Assembly (NCBI GenBank): GCA_002811645.1
Contig: PDIP01000069.1
Coordinates: 18,618-82,617, forward strand
Source: Corallochytrium limacisporum Hawaii
Lineage: Eukaryota; Protista; Pluriformea
Direction of reading: 5' to 3'
DNA: 64,000 bases
The number at the start of each line of letters is the position of its first letter. Position 1 is the stretch's first letter. The position numbers and the translations under genes were made by a program. Shown one piece after another: positions 42,879 through 53,636 of this stretch. The notes under the pieces are model-generated. The model was not told the DNA's origin and ran no database searches. It saw nothing but the letters and a program-made list of their open reading frames with translations.

Positions 42879-43613
42879 GGTTGCTTTTTCTGTCGGAGTG
42901 GTGTCTGTACGTCTTTACCAACTACCTTAGATGGTCTGTAAATGTCTGTTACGTCCCAGGCATGGGACGGATACATTGTTCCCGTCGCATGTTCCCCACT
43001 TTTGTAAACGTCGAACACCTTGTAAATTTCGATACTCTTATCTCTTTTCTTCATCCATTGTACCACACTTCGAACACAGCTGATCTCTTACATGAATTCT
43101 GTACTCTGTGGTTCTGGCGTTTTCAAATAGCCATAGATGAGACCTATTGTGTATGTTTCCCATTTTCTTGCGTTCCCCGATGCCTTCCGACCCCGGAGTC
43201 TCACAGGCCCTCTGAGTTGGCGGGTCCGGTGATTCCTCGCGCCAGCAGTCACTCAGCTAGCTGCACGGGGACGAGAAGAGCAGCAAAATTTTGGCCCCTC
43301 CCGCAGGGGCAAAGAAACAACGAGTGGGGTAGAAGACGCGAAGCAACAAAGTACCCGAACGATAAGCAATTCACCTGATGCGTCCCAGGTTTAGCGGTCT
43401 GGGGGAGCGGGGCAGAATGGAGGTTTAGCAATACATGATTTCACATAGTCCCGGAGCCCACCCAAAAAAAAAAAAAATTAAAGGGAGAGGGAGTGGGGGG
43501 ACCGAGAGAGAGTTAGGTAGCGATAAAAGCCAATCGATGAATCTGTCCAGGGGATATCGTTATTATGGGTTTAATAAATGGTCATTGTCGAAATGGGCCA
43601 TCAAGGTTAACGT

Positions 43614-46600
43614 TCAGTCGTCGACTCCCGCTGACTGTTCTTGCGCGTCCTGCTGCTGCTGCTGCTGCTGCTGATCACCACCGGAACCATCTTCGCTGCT
43701 GTTGCCCTCTTCGTTACTGTTGCCCTCTTCGTCCGCGGCCTCAAGCGCGTCCCAAATGGTCCGCTCTTTCAGTTCACTCGACTGGCTTCCATCAACCCCC
43801 TCAGCAGCATTGCTGCCGAAGGCGCCCGACTTCCTCGGCACACGGTGCCACTCCTCGCCGTTAGCATCTGTCATTGTTGTCGTGTATTGACTTGCTGCCG
43901 CCCTGGTTCCTGACTCGAACCATTCGTCCGCCGCTTCGTGCGCAGTGCCATCGCCACTGGATGCCCGCTGTGCGCCGTCGGCGGCTATGGCTTCGAACAG
44001 TGACGCTGGCTGATCGGCAGCAATCGTGGCCGAGGCCATGGACTCGCGCAGTTCACGGACCTCCTGCTCCTCTTGCAATGACCGGAACAGACGCAGATCC
44101 CGCGCCGCCTGGCTCAAGACCATTGACGGAATTGCGCACTCCGGCGTACGCCAGACCCGCACGCTACGACGCGGTTCCGGGTCAATGCTCTCAGATTCCA
44201 GGCGATAGACCTCTGCAAGCTGGTGAACGAGATCACGTTTCAGACGGCTCATCACTGGCAGATCCATCAAAGGTGGCCGTCCCCTGTCAGTGACGAAGCG
44301 ATTGAGCGTCTGTTCAACGTCGAGGATGAAGTCGGACTGTGGTCCACGATCATGCACTGCTCGGAGCAACTCGTCCGGATACTTAGGAACGTGTTGCAAT
44401 TGTCCAGCACGGTGTCCGCCGGCACCGCTGCCGTCGCCATCGATTCTCAGAGCCTCGGCCATATCCCGATCCCGTCGCAGCTTTTCGCATGCCAGGTCAC
44501 AGCGCAGTTGCGGGGGCCACAGCGTGTAGACATTGGAGTTGCGTAGAGCAGACACATTGCTACTGGTGTGGCTAAGTATTTTGTCTTCACCATTGGCGGC
44601 CTTCGCTCCTTCTGCCTTTGCAGCTATACCCCCCTCTGCATCTCCTGCCTCGGCCGCAGCGTCACTGTTGTGAACAACCGTCCCTGACTCCCACTCACCC
44701 GGATCCAACGCCTGCAGCGCGTCCTGTAGCACAGAGATGTCACCACCCTTCAGGCACCGCACCTGAGCATTCCTGCGTCCGCAACCACAGTGTGCCTTGA
44801 TTTTCTCCTGGCACGGTAGCAGCGGGCACGGCAGCTGCGCGTGGCAGGGCTGGTGGCAGGAGTGCTCGCAGAGATCCCGTGGTGCACCACAGGTTTGTCC
44901 ACAACACCGTTCATCCGGAAGTATACCTCCGGGGTAGAGCTCGCGCCGGTCGTCCGTCAAGCAGTCGCCGGCATGACAGAGTCGCTTGCAAACATGACGT
45001 CCACATGGCAAGAATTTTTTGCACTTTGCGCCACAGCTCACGCCAGCCTCGGCAATGTGGCACGGTACATTCTTGCGCAGGACGTGACCACCCGCACAGC
45101 GACGTGTTACTCGCGCGTGACACGGCGCGCAGGGTCCATCAGGGTGACAAGTGTGCGTTGCAAGGTGTCCGCAGGGTTGCGCGCGTGGGCACGGCTGGTC
45201 GCAGACTGGAGGCTTTGTACCACAGGGCTGTGGGGGTTCCAGTCGCTGTGCACCGCAGGCGCAGGTTAAATCGTTCCATATCGCGTGCAAACAGGGTGGA
45301 CAGGGACCCTTATGGCAGCGCTTCTCGCAGGCATGCTGGCCGCAGCGCAACATTTTACCACAAGGTCGCTGGCAGTCGTGGAGAGCTGTCGAAAAGGCCC
45401 GCTTTGCCTGCAATGTCCTGGACAATCCGCTTTGGCTGGTGTGTTTCTTTCTGCCGCCACCGGTAGAGGCAAATGCGCCATTGCCCGGGCAGCAGCGCAG
45501 ATTGCAGCGATGGCGTCCACAGTCAAGGAGATCACCACACGGTTTCTGGCACTTTGGCTGGCGGCGAAGCTCTACCTTGGCACTGAATGGCGCGTTGCCC
45601 TCTGGGTACCACGCGGGCAGAGTTATCGCAGCAATGAACTCCTCAAAGTTGTCCTGAGTACCAGTGTCCGTTGCTCCTCCGCCTGCTCTCACCGTCGTAC
45701 CTGATGAGTCCCGCTGCTGCTCTGCGTCGGGAGATGTCGCTGCGGCCTGAGGACCGGACGCCGTCGTCATGCAAACTTCCGCACAGACGCCCTCCACCAT
45801 TGTCCGACCGCAGCGGCACTGCGCTCTTATATACGCTTGGCACGGTGGGCACGGTCCATCCGTTTCCGGGTCATGACAAAGCGCCTGACACCCGTGGCCG
45901 CAGTCCAATTCCTTACCACAAGGTTTTCCGCAGCTGGGAATGGCATCGGTGCAGGCCGTGCGCTGGATTTCGTCCGGAAGGCATGTCTTGCCGCATGGAC
46001 AGCGTGTTACCTGACTCGGAGCTCGAGGACAGACCCCACACGCGCCACGATGGCATTCACGTCGGCACTGATGCTTCTCGCAGTCGTATTTTCGGTTGCA
46101 GCGATTGCCACAGCTCCACTGCGACTCGACTAAACTAGGGATATCTGGAAACAGTCCGTCCTCGCTCAACTGTCCGTACACGAAGTTGTCCTCCCCACAC
46201 TCTAGCCTCCGGGAGTGTTGACCACAGAAGCACTCCTGTTCCTGCACAATACCACAACTCGGGGCGCATTCTCCAGGGTGACAGATTCTTTCACAGCGGT
46301 GGATCCCGCAAGGCATTGGCCGACGGCATGTCGCCCCGCAGCTCGCAATGGAAATATGACTGCACTTCTGTTGGGTCGAGGTTACACCGCAGTGGCACGG
46401 GACAGTGATAGTTGACTGGCAAGGGGGGCATGGTCCGGCATGGCACTGGTGTACGCAAATGTGACCGCAGGGCACGAGCGCACCGCCACCGTCTGTGTGG
46501 ACACGATTGGTGGCGTCATTGCTATCATCCTCACTTCCTGCAATGACCGTCCGACGATGCAGTAACTTCCGAGCGCATGTCTCTCCGCAGGAATGGGCGT

Positions 46601-47657
46601 CGAGGTAGAAAGAATGCTGCGGATCAGTGGTTTTCCCGCAGAAACATCGATACCGCGTCGGATGGCGGGACTGGCCCGCATTGCAATTCGGACAGCGCCA
46701 GTTCACGGTCACCTGTTTACCAGTCCCACTGTTATTGCCGACACCTCCAATCGCTGAGGCGATCTCTGTTGCCACATTGCTGCTACCCTGGAACACCGAT
46801 GGTCCACCCACATTTTGGGTAGGTCTGCTTGACTTAGCCCACTGTCGAATGCACTTGAGATGGTACACCGCGTAGCAGGTCTCACAGCTCCAGATGCCTT
46901 GCTTCCACCGCACGTGCTCTGTACAAATATGACACTCGTGCTCTTCTTTATTCAGAGCAGTTCTCAGACCCCTGGCCAATTCTCCCAAAGCACTGTCTGT
47001 GTTCTTGTCCATGATATCACGGCCCTTGGACAGGCCACGGGTTTCATTCTGGCGTCGGGTGCGACCGGCCTTGATCCGGACTTTCTGGTTGCTCTGGTCT
47101 ATGTTACCAGCGGTCGATTCGTCTTCTATCGCTTCAGTTTTTATGGAATCATCGGTACTAATTGCCATCCGACTGGCAACACCCACAGTCACGCCGGCCT
47201 TGCCACCGCGCCCGCGCCTTCGACGGTCGCTTCGGGACCTACGACCGCTCTTTTCGTTTTCGTTCTGAGGGGGCAATTTGACATCGCTCTCTTTGCTGCC
47301 CGCAGCGTCGTTATCCTTGCTACTACTATTATCCCCACCAGTGTTGTTCTTCTGTGGCTTTGATTTCTGTAGCTGGCTGTTGGTGTTGGTGTTGGTGTTG
47401 GTGTTGCTACTGTCATTGCTGCCACTGTTCTGACCAACAGGCGCTATTTCCTTAATGGCACTGCCACCATCATCCTTCAGACTCTTGGGACCTCCTCTCC
47501 GTCTCCCGCGGCCTCGATTTCGACCGCCTCGGTTACCACTCCCGCCAGCAGCCGGCACAGGGTTGCCATTGCCGGTATGGTCCGACGGCTGGCCGGTCGA
47601 GGGACCGGCTGCGACGGGTCCCACGTCCTCAACCATGACTGTGTTTTGAAAGAACAT
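43614..47657 (-). CDS. NFX1: NF-X1 type zinc-finger protein (RING, NF-X1 repeats, R3H)
   Basis: RING CHIC..IWSCETCYAVYHLKCIRQW..WRCPNC; YRCFCGK; multiple CG.H.C...CH.G.C..C repeats; R3H (MSRLKRDLVHQLAEVYRLESESIDPEPRRSV). Confidence 0.93.
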   Translation of the reverse strand: MFFQNTVMVEDVGPVAAGPSTGQPSDHTGNGNPVPAAGGSGNRGGRNRGRGRRRGGPKSLKDDGGSAIKEIAPVGQNSGSNDSSNTNTNTNTNSQLQKSKPQKNNTGGDNSSSKDNDAAGSKESDVKLPPQNENEKSGRRSRSDRRRRGRGGKAGVTVGVASRMAISTDDSIKTEAIEDESTAGNIDQSNQKVRIKAGRTRRQNETRGLSKGRDIMDKNTDSALGELARGLRTALNKEEHECHICTEHVRWKQGIWSCETCYAVYHLKCIRQWAKSSRPTQNVGGPSVFQGSSNVATEIASAIGGVGNNSGTGKQVTVNWRCPNCNAGQSRHPTRYRCFCGKTTDPQHSFYLDAHSCGETCARKLLHRRTVIAGSEDDSNDATNRVHTDGGGALVPCGHICVHQCHAGPCPPCQSTITVPCHCGVTSTQQKCSHISIASCGATCRRPMPCGIHRCERICHPGECAPSCGIVQEQECFCGQHSRRLECGEDNFVYGQLSEDGLFPDIPSLVESQWSCGNRCNRKYDCEKHQCRRECHRGACGVCPRAPSQVTRCPCGKTCLPDEIQRTACTDAIPSCGKPCGKELDCGHGCQALCHDPETDGPCPPCQAYIRAQCRCGRTMVEGVCAEVCMTTASGPQAAATSPDAEQQRDSSGTTVRAGGGATDTGTQDNFEEFIAAITLPAWYPEGNAPFSAKVELRRQPKCQKPCGDLLDCGRHRCNLRCCPGNGAFASTGGGRKKHTSQSGLSRTLQAKRAFSTALHDCQRPCGKMLRCGQHACEKRCHKGPCPPCLHAIWNDLTCACGAQRLEPPQPCGTKPPVCDQPCPRAQPCGHLATHTCHPDGPCAPCHARVTRRCAGGHVLRKNVPCHIAEAGVSCGAKCKKFLPCGRHVCKRLCHAGDCLTDDRRELYPGGILPDERCCGQTCGAPRDLCEHSCHQPCHAQLPCPLLPCQEKIKAHCGCGRRNAQVRCLKGGDISVLQDALQALDPGEWESGTVVHNSDAAAEAGDAEGGIAAKAEGAKAANGEDKILSHTSSNVSALRNSNVYTLWPPQLRCDLACEKLRRDRDMAEALRIDGDGSGAGGHRAGQLQHVPKYPDELLRAVHDRGPQSDFILDVEQTLNRFVTDRGRPPLMDLPVMSRLKRDLVHQLAEVYRLESESIDPEPRRSVRVWRTPECAIPSMVLSQAARDLRLFRSLQEEQEVRELRESMASATIAADQPASLFEAIAADGAQRASSGDGTAHEAADEWFESGTRAAASQYTTTMTDANGEEWHRVPRKSGAFGSNAAEGVDGSQSSELKERTIWDALEAADEEGNSNEEGNSSEDGSGGDQQQQQQQQDAQEQSAGVDD
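43650..43673 (-). repeat. (CAG)8 polyglutamine tract at the NFX1 C-terminus
   Basis: (CTG)8 on the + strand. Confidence 0.95.
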
Positions 47658-48124
47658 TGATCAGGAATACATGTGGTATTTTTGGCCAGTGAAAGTGAAC
47701 AGCATCATATAGCTGTGAAGCCAGTGTTCAAATTTTGCACCGTGGTGAAATGTTGTGAATGGACACCCATGTTCCGGGGGCTGAGAACGTGGGGAGGGTT
47801 GTTCCGGAGCGAGAACTCAGCCCCTTCCAGTGATGAGACCCACCAAGAACTCAGCCACATCGAAAAGCGCCAAGCCGTGGAACGAAGAAATCAAGATTTC
47901 GTCCTAGCAAACAGACAGTAATGTTTCTCTCGTTCAGGTTATCTCATCTATTCAATCTCTGTAGATTAGTTTTGTCCTACCTATACTGCTACTGAATTAA
48001 ATCAATACTCTCTAATCAAGTGTCGATCCTTACTTTTGACTCTTACCGGTCGCTCTAGAAAACCACACTACAGACCTTTGGGGCCTATTTTGTGCTTCAG
48101 CTTGCTCAATAAAGTCCCTTCGGT

Positions 48125-48248
48125 AGTTGTTGCCGGAATATCGACCGGTAGCCTGGAGTTTAGTCCCCCCCGGGGGGGGAGGGAATTGAGGCTGGACAAG
48201 CCGGGGGAATTAAACTCCACCGTTCTTAGGGGCCGGTTGATAGCGACT
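48125..48248 (+). other. About 125-nt nested hairpin upstream of NFX1
   Basis: Stems 48125-48130/48243-48248, 48139-48149/48232-48242, 48155-48164/48209-48218, plus C-run/G-run pairing. Confidence 0.65.
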
Positions 48249-49254
48249 TGAGATGGGTTGCGGGCGGGTCGAATACACCGCGGCGGGCGCAAGTGGTGGT
48301 GGCCAACACGGCATCAAATCCACAGTCTCCGCGTTGTGCGGGCTTGTGATCTTGGGAACCCCCAAGACGAATCCGTTTCAATTTTCTTAAGGAAGTCTTA
48401 CCATGGTCCTATGATGTCCTTGCAATACATCGTCTGACTGTTTACTCAACGTCTCCTCTCGTCCAGTCGAATGCGACGGGTCGGTCTGCAAGGATATTTG
48501 TGAAGCAGTCGATCGCAGGTTTACGATTTCCGCAGAACATGATCCTTCCGTGTCCGTTCAAAACGTTCGTTCAATATCATATGAGTGAATCATAGTTAAC
48601 GTAGGTACTACCTCCAGAAGAACAATTGAATTTCACGTAGGCTTTTTGAAGGCTTCTCCCGCCAACTGTTACAAACACCGTCGCTGCGCACGGATCCAGG
48701 CAAGTAAGTTGTTGATGGGATTCGGGGAAGTGTTCGGAAGTAAGGAGAGCGAGTGAGTAAACCCACAAGGCTGTCCGTTGGGGGTTTTGTTTTCTGGCCC
48801 TAAGGGCATTCTCGAGAACCTTCACTAGCTGCTGATATTTGGGCTCGGCAAACTAATTAAAAACCTTTCTACTTCGTTGGGGCAGGGCTTTCGTTCCCTT
48901 TCCATTCGTTGTCGAGGGTCCAGGCTGTTTTGCATTGCATTCGTTGAGGTATCGAAACAGTTTCCAGGTACTTGCCAATCCTTCCCACTTTTGCCTGTTT
49001 TCCTTTTTTTCCTTTTTTTTTTTTTGCAGCCGCTGAACCCATTACTCCCGTGCGGGCACTCGAGATCTGGAGTGACGGAGATCGAACCATGCAAAAGGGA
49101 GGGTGTGAGGTGGGAGACGGTGCGGCAAACCAGTCAAACAAGAAATAGACTCCCAACAACGGGGGTGTACTGAAACTATCGGTTACTGGGGATGGGAGAC
49201 GGGAAACGGGAAAAAAGAGGAGGAGACGTTGGTAGTAGCTCTCTCTACCCCCAC

Positions 49255-49467
49255 NNNNNNNNNNNNNNNNNNNNNNNNNNNNNNNNNNNNNNNNNNNNNN
49301 NNNNNNNNNNNNNNNNNNNNNNNNNNNNNNNNNNNNNNNNNNNNNNNNNNNNNNNNNNNNNNNNNNNNNNNNNNNNNNNNNNNNNNNNNNNNNNNNNNNN
49401 NNNNNNNNNNNNNNNNNNNNNNNNNNNNNNNNNNNNNNNNNNNNNNNNNNNNNNNNNNNNNNNNNNN
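49255..49467. other. Assembly gap (N)
   Basis: N run. Confidence 0.99.
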
Positions 49468-50435
49468 CCACCCACCCAAAGACAATGTATACTCTCACTG
49501 ATTTCGCACATCCGGTCCCGCTAACACCAAGAACGTTAATACTACTGCCCGATAAAAATGTGCAAAGGTTTCTCAATCGGGGAGTACGCGGAGCTCCGTT
49601 TCGGGAAAGTCAACTGAGCCGGTACTGACACTTTGGGGAAATTTACTTCCTTGGAGGGGGTTTTGGTGGGCTGGGAGTGTGTGGTATGGGGTCAGCTGAG
49701 GGTGGGGTGGTACGAGGGCAACGGTGACTGAGAAAGACGATAACCCGCTCGGAAAAGGCAAGTGCAGAACGAGAATGTATGCACCCTGCGGTCTCCGGAG
49801 CGAAAGAGGGTGACCCGCCCCGGGGGGAGGGGTGTAAAGAGGAGCAGGGGAAACGGTGGGCCCGAGACGGGGAGGAGTCACTGTTCAGCAAAGCGCGCCT
49901 CCCCCCCCCCCTTCCACGAATTCGGAGCAGAGATTGGGCGGTGCGCAAGCAGAAAAAAATACCGGCGGCAGTGTGGTGTGAGTTAGGCAGTTGTTGGGGA
50001 TTGGTGGGGGGGGGTTTCCACTTGCGCCCTGCCCCGGCCCCTAGTCCCCCCGGTAGACGGGGTGAGAGATGGGTTGTCTCGGTGGAATGGGGCGGTGGGC
50101 CGGTGTGCCTGCCAGGTGAACAGCGTCAATGTGTTAGGCGTTGGTTAGTTTGGAGCGAGTCGAAAGGAAAAGGAACACAGCTCTTTCACTTGCTGCAACT
50201 GTCCCAGTGCAAGTCTCATGCTATTTGATGCGTTTGGGTGCGCGAGACTGCCTCTGCCGAGGGAAATCTGTGTTATGGAACAAGTCCACCTACAATAGTC
50301 TGGTTTGAGACCTATAGATACGACACACTGAGTCGCTGTGATAATGTTGAAAAGATATTTACGGATATGACGGAGTTAGCACAGAATCGGTAAGAGCAAA
50401 ACACCGAAAGGAATCGAGCAGAAACCACAGAAGGA

Positions 50436-53400
50436 ATGACAGAGACGCCGAGGTCCGGGGCTGCAAGCCCTCGGAGCCCGATGCACAAGCGGATTCTGCA
50501 TTTCTTCCAGAACCATCGCTTTGCAGCAGTCTGTGTCCTTTTCTTAGTGCCATTACTATGCATTGTTTCCATTGTGGCAGTAGTTCTTGGTCCAGGGGCT
50601 CCGGGTTGGCACTGGCCCGGTGATCCGCGCCGGCCTCCTCCTCCGCACCACGGCAACAGCACCCATCACAAACACCACTTGGACGAGACCTGTGCATTCC
50701 CGAAGAGGGCGAGTAATGACACTTTTGAACTACCTCAGTGCAAGGGCAATTTCATCGGTGACGTAGACGAGATTGCAAAGCAGGTGGCATGGATGTACGC
50801 CCCGGTCTTGCACTTCCACCCAAAGGAACAGTACTTCCTGCAGGACGTGAATGTCTGGTTGAACGAAAGCATGGTCTACCAAGAAGATCGTGCCCCGAAG
50901 GAGTACTCTCCAGAGGTCCTCTATACCACGGTTATGGGAGAGTACGCGCAGTTCAATGCCTTCAATTCATACATGAGCGTGTACCGGACTTATGAGGACA
51001 ACCTCGACGACAAAACTTGGCAGAACGTATTGAAGGGAGCACCGTTTGATGAGAATGGCCATTCTACAGCACCGATCTATTACTCTGCGTTCGAACAGAA
51101 TGGCAACCTGGTGCTCAGCTATCAATTCTTTTACAGTTGGAACGGCTGCACCGACCAAATCATAGATGTTCTGAACATTACTGAACGGAACTACACTATA
51201 GAATCTGTGAACTATGTGCTTTGTGATTCTGGTGCTCACGAAGGCGACTGGGAACATGTGAGCGTAGCGATCTGCCCTCAAGGAGACGTGTCCGCGAACC
51301 AAGAAGTGTTCAAGCCCGAGGATTTCAAGGTGAGCCAGGTCAGCTATAACCAGCATATGTGGAACGAAATCTACAACTGCGAGAACGAAGGTGAATGTAA
51401 TTTCTACGAGGGCAACACTACCCACATCAATGCTTATCCTGGACTGAATTCGCATGCGACGTACAGCCGCGTGTACGATGAGTCTGTTGTTTACTGGGCC
51501 TTCGTGCCCCCGGTGATTGCGGATCTGCGCGGTCTGTTCTTGGTTGATCGCACTGCAGAGAGTGACAAACTCTTTGTTCCGCGTCCGGACAATGTCGTGC
51601 GCATACCACGGCCCCATGAGCTGGGCAAGCATGATCTGATGAATTGGGTCATCTTCAAGGGAGAGTGGGGCGTTCGTCTTACAAATCAACCGCGAACCAT
51701 AACGTGCATGAACGGCACAGAGTATGTGGACTGTCCCTCTAACCAAGTCTTTGCAGAAGTCACTGGTATCCTGGGCATAGAGGAGGATTCTGAAGGAGAG
51801 ACGTGGCCCCGGAAATCGCCTGAAGCCCGGACACCCTTAGCCAGACGCCAGGGGGGAGACCATAGGGCCTACTCTGAGAATGACCAGGAAATGGTGAAAT
51901 CAATGGTGGAAGAAGTCGATGTGTATCGCCGAATGGGCGAGGCGGGCATCGATCCCCACATTGTTTCGACCCTGGCAATGTTACAACTCCAGCAACCACC
52001 ATCATCATCACAGTATTCGCAACGCAACGGTGCCCTCGTGTCTCTAGACGGCGGAGACACTGCTGCACCTCCTCTCGGGCCACCTGGAGAAGATGCGCCG
52101 CCCGGAGGGAAGAAGAAACACAAGCAGCGCAACGTCCTTGAAGATGCCCTGCGCTCACTGGCCACGCGTACGGAAAAATCACCAACCGGCGGGTGGATGA
52201 AAGACTTTGCCACATACTGGCAGGAAGGACAGGACGCACCAGTCAATATGGCACCGCCCCTGAATGAGGACGATTTCACCTTTCAAGCCGAGAGTTTCAT
52301 GGCCCGCTGGCATGGTTACGGATCTGGACAATCGTACTCAACTGATCGCACGTCTTCAGCTGACGGTATCCACGGCAATGGCATGACTTCCCTACAAAAG
52401 AAACCGCATACCGGCGCTATCGGTCGAGCCGTGACATCAATGCGATTTTGTCCAGGTGAGCGTGTGCTGTCATACTCGGTAGTCGACCGTGAACGCATGG
52501 CCCACTACGAACACTCAACGAGTCTGGTGTTGCAGGGAGTAGTCCTGCTGCTCGGTTTATTACTGTTTGGAATCTTTGTGTCGCTTCTGTTGCTTACACC
52601 AACCAGTCTGAGGGACATGCACGCTGTCATGAAGATCCATGGCGCCAAGGACATTATCAAAAACCCTGACATTCGGGAGAGCCGGGGCGCCCTGCGCACC
52701 AGTCGCAGTGTTAGGAGCAGCAGAATCAGTGGCCTGGGGCCGACGCGGCCCAGTGTACAGGTTACTGTGCCCAACGGCAACGACGCGGACAGCACGTGCC
52801 CCACCGACTACGGAACCATGGTAAATGGGGATACAAACCGCGACAGTGGTGATGCACTCTATGCAAACGGAGCACAGGATGAGGAATACAACGAAGATGG
52901 CCTAGAACGCCAGCCGTTGCTTTCAATGACGAGTGAGGAGTTTCTGGAGCCTTGGCCCGACACCTTGGGTCATTGGAAGGTCAAGCTCGGACACAAGAGT
53001 TCCATCCGCGTCGGTTCCCAGCATATGTGGTTACTGTTAGCTGGCTCATGTATTCTCATGGGCATTGTTTGTGTGCTGCACGAAAGCATGATGATTTTTG
53101 AAAGCGTCGGACAGCTGAGCCCAAGTCCGATGTGGACCAATATCAAAATCACGTTCGCGGTTGTTTTACCCTTCATTGGTCTTGCCAACGGTTTCTGTGC
53201 CTGCATAACAATTCTGTTTTGGGGTAATCGCTATCTGCACCCATTCGCAAATCGGCGAATCCAGAGGACCTACGAGGAGAGTCTGCGCACAGTGTTTGGA
53301 GTGGCTATTTCCATCGAAGTGGTTAGTCTTAGCCTAAGCGTGCTGATCACTGGAGTCGGCATATGGATGAGTGGCACCCGGGAGATCCTAGTGGATACGT

Positions 53401-53636
53401 GTGCACGGGCTGCGGTGCCAATCTCAAATGTCTGCCTTGATCTGTCCGTGGCCGGTGTCTCGAAGTTTGTGTGCGGTCGTGACATTCTGCATTTCTGCGA
53501 TGAGTGGGCTGCCGTTTACTTGAATCTCTTCCCCTGGGGCGGACTGCTGTTGTTTGTGGGACAGAGTCTTCTACTTTTGCTCACAGTGATTGCGCTTTGG
53601 AACAACATTTTCTATTTCGTTCTGGCGAAACTTTAG
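50436..53636 (+). CDS. Vps62-like domain membrane protein with a C-terminal myelin-proteolipid-like tetraspan module
   Basis: Vps62-like motifs YAPVLHFHPKEQY, YQFFYSWNG, HEGDWEHVSV, NSHATY, FKGEWG; six predicted TMs; C-terminal TC..VCLDL..GV.K.VCG..IL.FC. Confidence 0.85.
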   Translation: MTETPRSGAASPRSPMHKRILHFFQNHRFAAVCVLFLVPLLCIVSIVAVVLGPGAPGWHWPGDPRRPPPPHHGNSTHHKHHLDETCAFPKRASNDTFELPQCKGNFIGDVDEIAKQVAWMYAPVLHFHPKEQYFLQDVNVWLNESMVYQEDRAPKEYSPEVLYTTVMGEYAQFNAFNSYMSVYRTYEDNLDDKTWQNVLKGAPFDENGHSTAPIYYSAFEQNGNLVLSYQFFYSWNGCTDQIIDVLNITERNYTIESVNYVLCDSGAHEGDWEHVSVAICPQGDVSANQEVFKPEDFKVSQVSYNQHMWNEIYNCENEGECNFYEGNTTHINAYPGLNSHATYSRVYDESVVYWAFVPPVIADLRGLFLVDRTAESDKLFVPRPDNVVRIPRPHELGKHDLMNWVIFKGEWGVRLTNQPRTITCMNGTEYVDCPSNQVFAEVTGILGIEEDSEGETWPRKSPEARTPLARRQGGDHRAYSENDQEMVKSMVEEVDVYRRMGEAGIDPHIVSTLAMLQLQQPPSSSQYSQRNGALVSLDGGDTAAPPLGPPGEDAPPGGKKKHKQRNVLEDALRSLATRTEKSPTGGWMKDFATYWQEGQDAPVNMAPPLNEDDFTFQAESFMARWHGYGSGQSYSTDRTSSADGIHGNGMTSLQKKPHTGAIGRAVTSMRFCPGERVLSYSVVDRERMAHYEHSTSLVLQGVVLLLGLLLFGIFVSLLLLTPTSLRDMHAVMKIHGAKDIIKNPDIRESRGALRTSRSVRSSRISGLGPTRPSVQVTVPNGNDADSTCPTDYGTMVNGDTNRDSGDALYANGAQDEEYNEDGLERQPLLSMTSEEFLEPWPDTLGHWKVKLGHKSSIRVGSQHMWLLLAGSCILMGIVCVLHESMMIFESVGQLSPSPMWTNIKITFAVVLPFIGLANGFCACITILFWGNRYLHPFANRRIQRTYEESLRTVFGVAISIEVVSLSLSVLITGVGIWMSGTREILVDTCARAAVPISNVCLDLSVAGVSKFVCGRDILHFCDEWAAVYLNLFPWGGLLLFVGQSLLLLLTVIALWNNIFYFVLAKL

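Noticed and set aside
28062-53636. Apparent endolysosomal gene cluster (cathepsin, Spinster, ATP9, Vps62-like)
   Set aside because: Interspersed with unrelated genes in mixed orientation; chance is sufficient.
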